A stretch of 32,000 nucleotides of DNA from assembly GCF_000025685.1 (NCBI RefSeq), contig NC_013967.1, forward strand, positions 540,001 to 572,000, written 5' to 3'. Below are positions 16,293-25,022 of this stretch, one piece after another (positions within the stretch are counted from its first letter, which is position 1; each line of letters opens with the position of its first letter). The notes under the pieces are model-generated. The model ran no database searches. It saw only the letters and a program-made list of their open reading frames with translations, and was not told the DNA's origin. The DNA comes from Haloferax volcanii DS2 (GTDB taxonomy: Archaea > Halobacteriota > Halobacteria > Halobacteriales > Haloferacaceae). Position numbers and translations under genes: made by a program.

Positions 16293-16805
16293 ATGGCATC
16301 GACCCCCGCGGACGACTCGACTCGCGAACGCGGCCCGGGCGAGGCGTTCTGCCGCGACTGCGGCGCGGTCATCGACGCGCGCGCCGAAATCTGCCCCGAG
16401 TGCGGGGTCCGGCAGCGCGACCCGCCGAAGTCGTCGGTCGACTCGGCGCTCGACGACCTGTTCGAGGGCGGCAATCCCTTCGTCGCGGCGGTGCTGTCTG
16501 CGGTTTTCCCCGGCCTCGGACAGCTGTACAACCGCGAACTCGAACGCGGCCTCGTCTTCGCGGTCGGCTTCCTCGTCGCCACCGCCTCGGTGATGGTCCT
16601 CATCGGCTTCTTCCTCGCGCCCGCGGTGTGGCTCTACGCGGTGTACGACGCCTACACCCGGGCCGAACTCCGGGCCGAGGAGTTACAGCGGGAGTCGGGG
16701 CGGGACCGCGAGACGGAGGTTTCGGTGAGCGAGGCGGCGGGCGACGAGGCGGCGGATCACGAGGAGGTTGACGACGAGGAGACCGACGACGACCGCGAGG
16801 AGTAG
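16293..16805 (+). CDS. Zinc-ribbon membrane protein with an acidic C-terminal tail
   Basis: The track ORF is 16245-16805; ATG 16293 (MASTPADD...) is preferred. CxxC...CxxC ribbon FCRDCGAVIDARAEICPECG. Two TM helices with the FPGLGQLYN motif. C-terminus rich in D/E. Confidence 0.75.
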   Translation: MASTPADDSTRERGPGEAFCRDCGAVIDARAEICPECGVRQRDPPKSSVDSALDDLFEGGNPFVAAVLSAVFPGLGQLYNRELERGLVFAVGFLVATASVMVLIGFFLAPAVWLYAVYDAYTRAELRAEELQRESGRDRETEVSVSEAAGDEAADHEEVDDEETDDDREE

Positions 16806-16840
16806 ACGCGGGACCGCAGGGCCACGGGCCGAGGCGCGAC

Positions 16841-17266
16841 TCAACGGGTGACCAGGACGATACCGAGAACGGCGAACGCGATGCCCGTGAGTTTCGTTAC
16901 GGTGAGGTTCTCTCCGAGAACGACGACGCCGATGACGGCCGCGACGACGAAGTACATGGCTCCGAGGGTCGAGACGACGGTCGTCGAGCCGTGGGTGAAG
17001 CCGATGTACATCGAAATGAGGCCGACGCCGGTACACAGCCCGGCCACCCCGGCGAGCAGTCCCCCTCTCGCGGTGACGACGAGCGACGCGTCCGACACGA
17101 CGATGAAGCCGAACGCGAGCAGCGCCGCGACGAGATACGAGATGGCGGCGGCGGTTCGCGGGTCCATGGACTCGGAGGCGGCGTTGCCCACGACGATCCA
17201 AATCCCCCACGTCACCATCGTAATCAAACCGAACAGGGCAGCCGAGTCCACCTCTGCGAGTTCCAT
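16841..17266 (-). CDS. Half-size EamA/DMT-superfamily membrane protein
   Basis: 141 aa and 4-5 TM helices. Single EamA-like domain ending in the GENLTVTKLTGIAFAVLGIVLV pattern. Confidence 0.72.
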   Translation of the reverse strand: MELAEVDSAALFGLITMVTWGIWIVVGNAASESMDPRTAAAISYLVAALLAFGFIVVSDASLVVTARGGLLAGVAGLCTGVGLISMYIGFTHGSTTVVSTLGAMYFVVAAVIGVVVLGENLTVTKLTGIAFAVLGIVLVTR

Positions 17267-17374
17267 CGGATAGTGCCTCGCGTCGCTATCCGAAAGAAAC
17301 CGGACCTCCAGTATAAGCGGTGTCTATGCGGGGGCGGCTAACCGCGTTCGGAACTCGGCTCAGCGAGCGGACGA

Positions 17375-17884
17375 CTACGCGAACTCGTCCGAGAGGTCGG
17401 CGTCCCAGTCCGGCGGGAGCAGCGGGTTGGGGTCCTCGTGGATGAACTCGACGCCCTTGTCGGGGTCGAGCGGGTGGACTTTCGTCCGCATCGTCTCGCC
17501 GCCGTCGAGGAGCGAGAACATGCGTTCGGACTCCGCGAGCCGGTAGTACAGGGGGAGACAGACCGCGACTTCGTCGTCGGTGGCGCGGACGACGAGCGCG
17601 AGGTAGACGAGGCCGCCGGAGACCGCGCGGAACGCCTCGTACTCGTCGAACGTCGCGCCCTCGACGGCGGCTTCCAGGTCGGGGTACACGTCGTCGCCGA
17701 CGACCACGTCGAGCCCGACGTGTTCGACCACTTCGTCGCCCGCGGCGGGGACCGGAACCACGTCCCCCGGGAGGGCGACGACGACGGTCCAGTCTCGCTC
17801 CCGATAGTCGTCGGCGAGCGACTCGCACTCTGCGACTACCGTCTCCCACGTACCCGGCTCGTCCGAGAGCGGATGTTCTTCCAT
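17375..17884 (-). CDS. Acidic cytoplasmic hypothetical protein
   Basis: 169-aa ORF with ATG at 17882-17884. Strongly acidic, haloarchaeal-type composition and high GC3. No motif I can name. Confidence 0.6.
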   Translation of the reverse strand: MEEHPLSDEPGTWETVVAECESLADDYRERDWTVVVALPGDVVPVPAAGDEVVEHVGLDVVVGDDVYPDLEAAVEGATFDEYEAFRAVSGGLVYLALVVRATDDEVAVCLPLYYRLAESERMFSLLDGGETMRTKVHPLDPDKGVEFIHEDPNPLLPPDWDADLSDEFA

Positions 17885-18051
17885 GCGGCATGGTGTCGGA
17901 GTCCGCTACCTAAACTTTGGCTTCTCCCGCCACAGTCGCGCGCTTTCGCGCGTCACGCGGGCGACTGCAGGCGATTCAGCATTATGTTTCACACGTATCA
18001 ACTGGCAAAAATTGGAAAGGTATTTCACTCCATGCAGGTCATTCCCATTCA

Positions 18052-20748
18052 ATGAGGAATCTACTCTCTCTTTCGGACCTCCGAACTCAGTTCTCGACCG
18101 GCCGCGGTCAGGTCAAGGCCGTCGACGGCCTCGACCTCACGGTCGGCGAGGGCGAGACGGTCGGACTGGTCGGTGAGTCCGGGTCCGGAAAGAGCGTGAC
18201 GGCACTTTCGGCGATGGGCCTCGTCGACGACCCCGGCGAAATCGTCTCGGGGTCGGTCGAACTCGAAAGCGGCCGGCTCGCCGAGGAGTTCCGTGAGGAG
18301 TACAACAACCCCGCCTTCGTCGACGGCGACGTGGTCAATCTCGTCGACGCCCCCGAGGAGGCGCTGCGGGCCGTTCGCGGGCGCGAGCTCGGCATGATTT
18401 TCCAGGACCCGATGACCTCGCTGAACCCCTCGCTGACGGTCGGCGAGCAGGTCGCAGAGAGCCTGCGACTCCACCAGTACGGCGGGCGTCGCAAGGACTC
18501 GTGGTTCAACGCGGTCCGCGAACTGCTCCCCCGCATCAGCCGCGACATCGACGACGAAATCGTCGAGCGGACCATCGAGGTGCTCGAATCGGTCGGCATC
18601 CCCGAACCCGGCGCGCGGGTCGACGAGTTCCCCCACGAGTTCTCCGGAGGGATGCGCCAGCGCGTCCTCATCGCCATCGCGCTCGCCTGCCAGCCGCGCG
18701 TGCTCGTCGCCGACGAGCCGACCACCGCGCTCGACGTGACCATTCAGGCGCAGATTCTCGACCTCATCGACGACCTCCAGGAGGACCTCGGCATGTCGGT
18801 GCTCATGATTACCCACGACCTCGGCGTCGTCGCGGAGACGTGCGACCGGGTCGCGGTCATGTACGCCGGCGAAATCGTCGAGGAGGGACCGGTCGAGGAA
18901 ATCTTCCACAACCCCTCGCACCCCTACACGTACACGCTTATCGAATCGCTCCCGAGCGAGGACAAAGAGCGCCTGACGCCCATCGAGGGCAACGTGCCGG
19001 ACCTCATCGATATGCCCGAAGGGTGTCACTTCGCGCCCCGATGTCCGTGGGCCCAGCCGGAGTGCACCTCCGGTGAGATACCCTACAAGCAACACGGCGA
19101 CGACGAGGTAGACCACCGCTCGAAGTGCGTCCTCGACGACTTCGACACCAGCGAGTACGGCGGCGACGCCATCGAGGCCTCGACGGGCACCGAGCCCTCC
19201 GACACGCCGCTGCTCGAAGTCGACGGCATGCAGAAGTACTACGAACAGGCCGACGGCATCCTCGACCGATTCTTCGGGGCGGACGACCGGAGCGTGAAGG
19301 CGGTCGACGGCGTCGACTTCACGGTGTACGAGGGCGAGACGCTCGGGTTGGTCGGGGAGTCCGGTTGCGGGAAGTCAACCGCCGGGCGGAGCCTCCTGCA
19401 TCTGACGCCGCCGACCGGCGGTCGCGTCGTCTTCTCGGGGACGGACCTCTCGGGGCTCGACAGCGACGAACTCCGCGCGATGCGCCGCGATATGCAGATG
19501 ATTTTCCAGGACCCGATGTCGTCGCTCGACCCCCGGATGACGGTCGGCCAGGCCATTCGCGAGCCGCTCGACGTCCACGACCTCCCCGAGTCGGACCCGA
19601 ACGTGCGCGGCGAGGCCGACGTGACCGTGACGGGCATCGACGCCGAGCGCGTCTCGGTCACCGCGAGCGACGAAATCGACGCCATCGTCGGCTCCTCGAA
19701 CGGCGTCGCCACCGCCGCCGTGACCGTCACCGTCGCGGACGGCGAGGTCGACGTGGCCGTCGAAGAGCGCCTCCGGACCGAGGTCGAAGTCGAGCGCGAG
19801 GGTGATGTCGTCTCGGGCGTCACCGTCCGCGTCACGCCGGGCGACTCCACCAGCGAGCGCCGGCGTCGTCGGGTCCGCCAACTCCTCGACGCGGTCGGCC
19901 TCGAACCCGGCCAGTACGACCGCTACCCGCACGAACTCTCCGGCGGCCAGCGCCAGCGCGTCGGCATCGCCCGCGCGCTCGCGGTCGACCCGGACTTCAT
20001 CGTCGCCGACGAACCCGTCTCCGCGCTCGACGTGTCCGTGCAGGCGCAGATTCTCAACCTGCTCGAAGACCTCCAGGAGCGCTTCGGGCTGACGTATCTG
20101 TTCATCGCGCACGACCTCTCCGTCGTCCGGCACATCTCCGACCGCGTGGCCGTGATGTACCTCGGTGAAATCGTCGAGGTCGCGGCGACCGACGAGCTGT
20201 TCGACGACCCGAGACACCCCTACACGCAGGCGTTGCTGTCGGCGATTCCGGAGCCCGACCCGGCCGCCGAGACCGACGACCGCATCATCCTCGAAGGCGA
20301 CGTGCCGAGTCCCATCAATCCGCCGTCGGGCTGTCACTTCCGGACGCGGTGTCCGCAGGTCATCCCCCCGGCCGACCTCGACATCGAGCAGGCGGCCTAC
20401 CGCGAGGTGATGGACCTCCGCCAGCGCGTCGAACGCGAGGCGCTGGACGTCGAGACCGCCCGCGACGCCGCACTCGATGCGGGCGACCCGAGCGCCGAAG
20501 CAGCGGTGAGCGCCGACGGCGGCACCGCCGACGCCGTCGTGGACGAACTCCGCGAGTCGCACTTGTCGCACTCGCTGTCGCCGGAACTCCGGGGCGTCGT
20601 CGACCGCGCGCTCGAACGCGTCGTCGCCGACGACTGGGACGAAGCGGGCGAAATCCTCCGCGAGCGGTTCGAGAGCGTCTGCGAGCGCGACGCGCCCGAA
20701 CTGGGTGAACAGACGCACCCTGCGGCGTGTCACCTCGTCGACGAATAG
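18052..20748 (+). CDS. Fused double ABC ATPase of the oligopeptide/dipeptide/nickel (Opp/Dpp D+F) type
   Basis: The track ORF is 17917-20748; ATG 18052 ([14 protein letters not shown]...) is preferred. Two complete NBDs: Walker A GESGSGKS / GESGCGKS, signature FSGGMRQR / LSGGQRQR, Walker [13 protein letters not shown] / [12 protein letters not shown]. Each half ends in an Opp-type Cys-containing C-terminal domain. Confidence 0.92.
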   Translation: MRNLLSLSDLRTQFSTGRGQVKAVDGLDLTVGEGETVGLVGESGSGKSVTALSAMGLVDDPGEIVSGSVELESGRLAEEFREEYNNPAFVDGDVVNLVDAPEEALRAVRGRELGMIFQDPMTSLNPSLTVGEQVAESLRLHQYGGRRKDSWFNAVRELLPRISRDIDDEIVERTIEVLESVGIPEPGARVDEFPHEFSGGMRQRVLIAIALACQPRVLVADEPTTALDVTIQAQILDLIDDLQEDLGMSVLMITHDLGVVAETCDRVAVMYAGEIVEEGPVEEIFHNPSHPYTYTLIESLPSEDKERLTPIEGNVPDLIDMPEGCHFAPRCPWAQPECTSGEIPYKQHGDDEVDHRSKCVLDDFDTSEYGGDAIEASTGTEPSDTPLLEVDGMQKYYEQADGILDRFFGADDRSVKAVDGVDFTVYEGETLGLVGESGCGKSTAGRSLLHLTPPTGGRVVFSGTDLSGLDSDELRAMRRDMQMIFQDPMSSLDPRMTVGQAIREPLDVHDLPESDPNVRGEADVTVTGIDAERVSVTASDEIDAIVGSSNGVATAAVTVTVADGEVDVAVEERLRTEVEVEREGDVVSGVTVRVTPGDSTSERRRRRVRQLLDAVGLEPGQYDRYPHELSGGQRQRVGIARALAVDPDFIVADEPVSALDVSVQAQILNLLEDLQERFGLTYLFIAHDLSVVRHISDRVAVMYLGEIVEVAATDELFDDPRHPYTQALLSAIPEPDPAAETDDRIILEGDVPSPINPPSGCHFRTRCPQVIPPADLDIEQAAYREVMDLRQRVEREALDVETARDAALDAGDPSAEAAVSADGGTADAVVDELRESHLSHSLSPELRGVVDRALERVVADDWDEAGEILRERFESVCERDAPELGEQTHPAACHLVDE

Positions 20749-20760
20749 ACGACGAGCAGG

Positions 20761-20814
20761 CCCCGATACGGGGTCTCGCCAGCTGTCAGACGTTTTTGAT
20801 TGGCTCGTGTTTTT
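20761..20814 (+). terminator. Hairpin CCCCGATACGGGG followed by two T5 runs (20793-20797, 20810-20814)
   Basis: Immediately downstream of the ATPase stop (20746-20748). Suggests the ATPase gene ends its own transcription unit. Confidence 0.45.
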
Positions 20815-20864
20815 ACCGGAACAGGTCGGTGGTGTCTCTCGTTCCGTCCTTCAGCGCTTCGTTA

Positions 20865-20872
20865 TTTTTATA
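20865..20872 (+). promoter_or_regulatory. TATA-like box TTTTTATA for the SBP-permease operon
   Basis: 24-31 nt upstream of ATG 20896. Confidence 0.5.
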
Positions 20873-20895
20873 GGGAGTCATTGATAGGTACACGT

Positions 20896-22620
20896 ATGTC
20901 ACAAGATGGCAATGATGTTTCGCGGCGTCGGTTCCTGACGGCCGCAGGAGCTGCTGCAGCGACGGCCGGACTCGCGGGCTGTTCCGGCGGCGGCGGTGAG
21001 GACACCACCACCGAATCCGATGAGACGACCGGTGAGGGCGAGACGGACCAGACCGAGACGGAGACCGAAGACGGCGGGTCGACGCCGGTCCTCCGCTACG
21101 GTCGCGGCAGCCACTCGCCGACGCTCGACTTCCAGAACAGCACGAGCGGCGAGGTCGCGAAGGTGACCGAACAGCTCTACGACACGCTCATCAACTTCGA
21201 GCCGGGCCAGTCGACGCTGACGCAGGGGCTCGCCACCGAGTACTCCCTGGAGGGCCAGTCGGCCTCCATCACGCTCCGCGAGGGAGTGATGTTCCACAAC
21301 GGCGAGGAGTTCACGGCGGAGGACTTCGTGGCGACGTATCGCCGCTTCGTCGACAGCGACTACGAGTACTACGCCGGCGACGACTACGTCTCGGCGTACG
21401 GGCCGTTCACCCTCGGCTCGTGGATCGACGAGATTCAGGTCGACGGCGACTACTCGATGACGATTCAGCTGACCCAGTCGTACGCGCCGTTCCTGCGTAA
21501 TCTGGCGATGTTCGCGGCATCGGTGCACTCCCTCGCCGCCATCGAGGAGTACGGGACGGAACTCAGTTCGAACCCCGTCGGGACGGGGCCGTTCCAGCTG
21601 AGTAACCTCGACGACGCGAACGAGCGCGTCCGCCTCGAAGCTAACTCCGAGTACTGGGGCGAGGGGCCGAACGTGGACGAGGTCGTCTTCGTCACCATCG
21701 GACAGAACTCGACGCGCGCCCAGGCGCTCGCGTCGGGCGAACTCGACATCATCGACGGACTCGGCGCGCAGTCGTCCGTCCAGGTCGAAAACGCCAGCAA
21801 CGCGAACCTCGTCCGCACCGAGGGTATCAACATCGGCTACATGGCGTTCAACATGGCGAGCCGCGAGGAGTTCCGCGACCGCCGCGTCCGGCAGGCCGTC
21901 AGCCACGCCATCAACACCGAGGCCATCGTCAACGAGATTTACTCGGGCTTCGCGACGCAGGCGAGCCAGCCGCTCCCGCCGAACGTCCTCGGTCACAACG
22001 ACGACATCGACCCGTACCCGTACGACCCCGAGGAGGCCCAGCGCCTCCTCGAAGAGGCCGGCTACGGTGACGGCTTCTCGTTCGAACTGGCGACGTTCCA
22101 GAACCCCCGCGGCTACAACCCGTCGCCGATTCAGACCGCCGAGACCGTCGCGTCCAACCTCGGCGAAATCGGCATCGAAGTCGACATCAACCAGCAGTCG
22201 TTCGGTCCGTTCCTCGAATACACCGCTCAGGGCCGCCACGACGCGTGTTTCCTCGGCTGGTACACCGACAACGCCGACCCGGACAACTTCATGTACGTCC
22301 TCCTGCACCCGCAGGTAGAGGAGGGCGAACTCACGGAGGGACAGGACTGGGTCAGCTTCGACGCCGAAGGCTACAACACCAGTAACCGCTCGGCGTGGGC
22401 GAACCGCGACTACATGGACCTCGTCGAACAGGGCCAGAGCACCTACGACGAGGCCGAGCGCGAGTCGCTGTACAACGAGGCGAACCAGATCGCACACGAC
22501 GAAGCCCCGTGGGTCTACCTCGACTACGCCGACGAGCTTCGTGGCGTCTCCAACCGCGTCAGCGGGTTCCAGATCGCCGCCATCAGCGGTCCGTACCTCA
22601 ACCTGGTCAGCCTGAACTGA
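20896..22620 (+). CDS. ABC transporter substrate-binding lipoprotein, family 5 (peptide/nickel type)
   Basis: The track ORF is 20800-22620; ATG 20896 is preferred. Tat motif SRRRFL plus lipobox LAGC, then an acidic Thr/Glu-rich linker. The SBP_bac_5-like body is conserved throughout. Confidence 0.92.
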   Translation: MSQDGNDVSRRRFLTAAGAAAATAGLAGCSGGGGEDTTTESDETTGEGETDQTETETEDGGSTPVLRYGRGSHSPTLDFQNSTSGEVAKVTEQLYDTLINFEPGQSTLTQGLATEYSLEGQSASITLREGVMFHNGEEFTAEDFVATYRRFVDSDYEYYAGDDYVSAYGPFTLGSWIDEIQVDGDYSMTIQLTQSYAPFLRNLAMFAASVHSLAAIEEYGTELSSNPVGTGPFQLSNLDDANERVRLEANSEYWGEGPNVDEVVFVTIGQNSTRAQALASGELDIIDGLGAQSSVQVENASNANLVRTEGINIGYMAFNMASREEFRDRRVRQAVSHAINTEAIVNEIYSGFATQASQPLPPNVLGHNDDIDPYPYDPEEAQRLLEEAGYGDGFSFELATFQNPRGYNPSPIQTAETVASNLGEIGIEVDINQQSFGPFLEYTAQGRHDACFLGWYTDNADPDNFMYVLLHPQVEEGELTEGQDWVSFDAEGYNTSNRSAWANRDYMDLVEQGQSTYDEAERESLYNEANQIAHDEAPWVYLDYADELRGVSNRVSGFQIAAISGPYLNLVSLN

Positions 22621-22645
22621 GGCACTGACCGCGCCTTCGACTTTC

Positions 22646-23665
22646 ATGATTTCCACACGATTCGTACTCAAGCGGCTGCTGTTGCTCGTCCCGGTGTTGG
22701 TGGGAGTGGCGTCGCTCGTCTTCTCCATCCTGCATCTCTCGCCGGGCGACCCGGCGCTCACCATCGCGGGCGAACGCGCCAGCGAGGAGTTCGTCCGGCA
22801 GGTCGAAGAGAGCCTCGGCCTGAACGACCCCATCTGGGTGCAGTACGGGCGGTTCCTCGCCGATGCCGCGCAGTTCCAGTTCGGCGAGTCGTTCATCATC
22901 CAGCGGAACACCACGGTCCGCGAGGTGCTCGCCAACAAGCTGCCGGTCACGCTCGAACTCGCTCTCTACGGGCAGCTCATCGGCATCTCGCTGGGCATCC
23001 CGCTCGGCATCCTGAGCGCCGTCAAGCAGGACAGCATCACAGACCACCTGACTCGCATCGGTGCGCTCGCCGGTATCAGCGTGCCCATCTTCTGGAGCGG
23101 CCCGCTTCTCATCTTGCTGTTCGCGCAGGTGCTCGGATGGCTCCCGACGAGCGGTCGCATCTCGGTGCTGTACAACGTCGAGGCCATCCGAGTGACGGGC
23201 CTCGTCACGGTCGACACGTTCCTCGCGGGCAACTGGGATATGTTCGTCTCCGCGGTCCGCCACATGATTCTCCCGGCGTCGGTCATCGGCGTCTACTCGA
23301 TGGCGCTCATCTCCCGGATGATGCGCTCGTCGATGCTGGAGGTCATCCGGCAGGACTACATGCGGACCGCCCGCGCGAAGGGCCAAGGCGCGAAGATTAC
23401 GGTCCTGAAGCACGGCTTCCGCAACGCGATGATTCCCGTCATCACGGTCATCGGCATCCAGTTCGGTGGCCTGCTCGGCGGCGCAGTACTCACGGAGACG
23501 GTGTTCGCTATCGGCGGCATCGGGACGCTCCTGGTCGAGGCCATCAAGGTCGGTGACTACCCCATCGTACAGGGGACGGTCCTGACCTTCGCGTTCCTGT
23601 TCACGCTGGTCAACCTCGGCGTCGACATCACCTACTCCATCCTTGACCCGCGGATCGAACAATGA
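22646..23665 (+). CDS. ABC transporter permease (DppB/OppB type)
   Basis: 339 aa. N-terminal RFVLKRLLLLVPVLVGVASLVFSILHLSPGDPA. EAA-loop region YMRTARAKGQG. Six TM helices. Confidence 0.92.
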   Translation: MISTRFVLKRLLLLVPVLVGVASLVFSILHLSPGDPALTIAGERASEEFVRQVEESLGLNDPIWVQYGRFLADAAQFQFGESFIIQRNTTVREVLANKLPVTLELALYGQLIGISLGIPLGILSAVKQDSITDHLTRIGALAGISVPIFWSGPLLILLFAQVLGWLPTSGRISVLYNVEAIRVTGLVTVDTFLAGNWDMFVSAVRHMILPASVIGVYSMALISRMMRSSMLEVIRQDYMRTARAKGQGAKITVLKHGFRNAMIPVITVIGIQFGGLLGGAVLTETVFAIGGIGTLLVEAIKVGDYPIVQGTVLTFAFLFTLVNLGVDITYSILDPRIEQ

Positions 23666-24597
23666 GCACGGAATCCACGACCACGAACGAGACGGCGACC
23701 GACGTCGACCAACGCGGGCTCGTCGACCGCCTCACGGCGTCGCCGTTCGTCTCCCGACTGCTGTCGAACCGCCTCGCACTCGCCGGTATCGCCATCATCG
23801 TCGCGATGGTGGTCATCGCGCTGTACGCGCGGCTGTTCTTGGACCTCGAAGTCATCACGCAGTCGCAGCTCGGGACGAACCCGAACCGCGCCCCGCCGAG
23901 TCTCGACTACCCGTTCGGCACCGACGGACAGGCGCGGAGCCTCCTGCCGCGGGTGGCGTACGGCGCGTGGTACGCGATGCTGTTCGGCACCGTCACGGTC
24001 GCCGCCTCGACCGTCCTCGGCGTCGGGCTCGGCATCGTCGCGGCCTACTACGGCGACGTGACCGACAACGTCATCATGCGGACGATGGACGTGCTGCTCG
24101 CGTTCCCGTCGCTGCTGTTGGCGCTGGCGCTCGTCGCCATCTTCCCCGACGACCTCGGTCTGTGGCGAGCGGTCGCCGCGCTGACGCTCGTCTACACGCC
24201 GCGGTTCGCCCGCGTCGTCCGCGGGGCCGCGCTGACCGTGCTCGAAAACGAGTACATCGACGCGACGGTCGCGCTCGGCGCGGCCGACCCGCGCGTGCTG
24301 GTTCGGCACGTCCTGCCGAACTGCCTCGCGCCCATCACGGTCCAGAGCACGCTCAACTTCGGGCTGGCTATCATCGACCTCGCGGCGCTGTCGTTCCTCG
24401 GCTTCGGTGCCGCGGCGGGCACGCCCTCGTGGGGGCTCATGCTCTCGAACGGCGTGAGTCAGGGCCTGCTCACCGGCGTCTGGTGGTGGTCGTTCTTCCC
24501 CGGGTTCTTCCTCGCGCTCACGGTGCTGGGGTTCAACCTCCTCGGCGACGGCATGCGCGACGCGCTGGACCCGCGGATGCGCGAAGCGGTCGACTAA
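23662..24597 (+). CDS. ABC transporter permease (DppC/OppC type)
   Basis: 311 aa. ATGA overlap with the upstream permease. N-terminal anchor helix, then a BPD_transp_1-like core (EYIDATVALGA). Confidence 0.92.
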   Translation: MSTESTTTNETATDVDQRGLVDRLTASPFVSRLLSNRLALAGIAIIVAMVVIALYARLFLDLEVITQSQLGTNPNRAPPSLDYPFGTDGQARSLLPRVAYGAWYAMLFGTVTVAASTVLGVGLGIVAAYYGDVTDNVIMRTMDVLLAFPSLLLALALVAIFPDDLGLWRAVAALTLVYTPRFARVVRGAALTVLENEYIDATVALGAADPRVLVRHVLPNCLAPITVQSTLNFGLAIIDLAALSFLGFGAAAGTPSWGLMLSNGVSQGLLTGVWWWSFFPGFFLALTVLGFNLLGDGMRDALDPRMREAVD

Positions 24598-24603
24598 CCG
24601 ACC

Positions 24604-24999
24604 GTGTCCGCGCCACCGGACCCGACGGACGCGGCGTCGCCCCCCGTGCTCGAACGGGCGGCGACTCGCCTCCGACTCGTCGGCACGGCGGCCCTCGCGG
24701 GCGCGCTCGCCGTCGCCGTCTGGCTGGTCGCTCGGCTGGTCGTCGGTGACTTCTCGGCGAGCGTCGAGACGACGTTCGCGGTCGGCTCGCTCGCGTTCGG
24801 GTTCGGGCTCCTCGGCTGGTCCGGGGCGGTCGCGCTCGGTCGCGGCATCGAGTCGATGCAGGCGCACCTCGACACCGGGGCGGGCTGGACGGAAGCGGAC
24901 GCTCGCCGGGCGATGGCCCGAGTTCTCGGGTTCGGACTCGGCGTGATGCTCGGGGCGACGGCGGTCGGTTCGGTCGCCTCTGTTTTCGTCGCCGCCTGA
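24604..24999 (+). CDS. Small hydrophobic protein (three predicted TM helices), unknown function
   Basis: 131-aa ORF with a GTG start 7 nt after the permease stop. High GC3. Three Ala/Gly/Leu/Val-rich segments. No recognisable motif. Confidence 0.5.
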   Translation: MSAPPDPTDAASPPVLERAATRLRLVGTAALAGALAVAVWLVARLVVGDFSASVETTFAVGSLAFGFGLLGWSGAVALGRGIESMQAHLDTGAGWTEADARRAMARVLGFGLGVMLGATAVGSVASVFVAA

Positions 25000-25022
25000 G
25001 CCGGCCGAACGCAGACTCGGAC

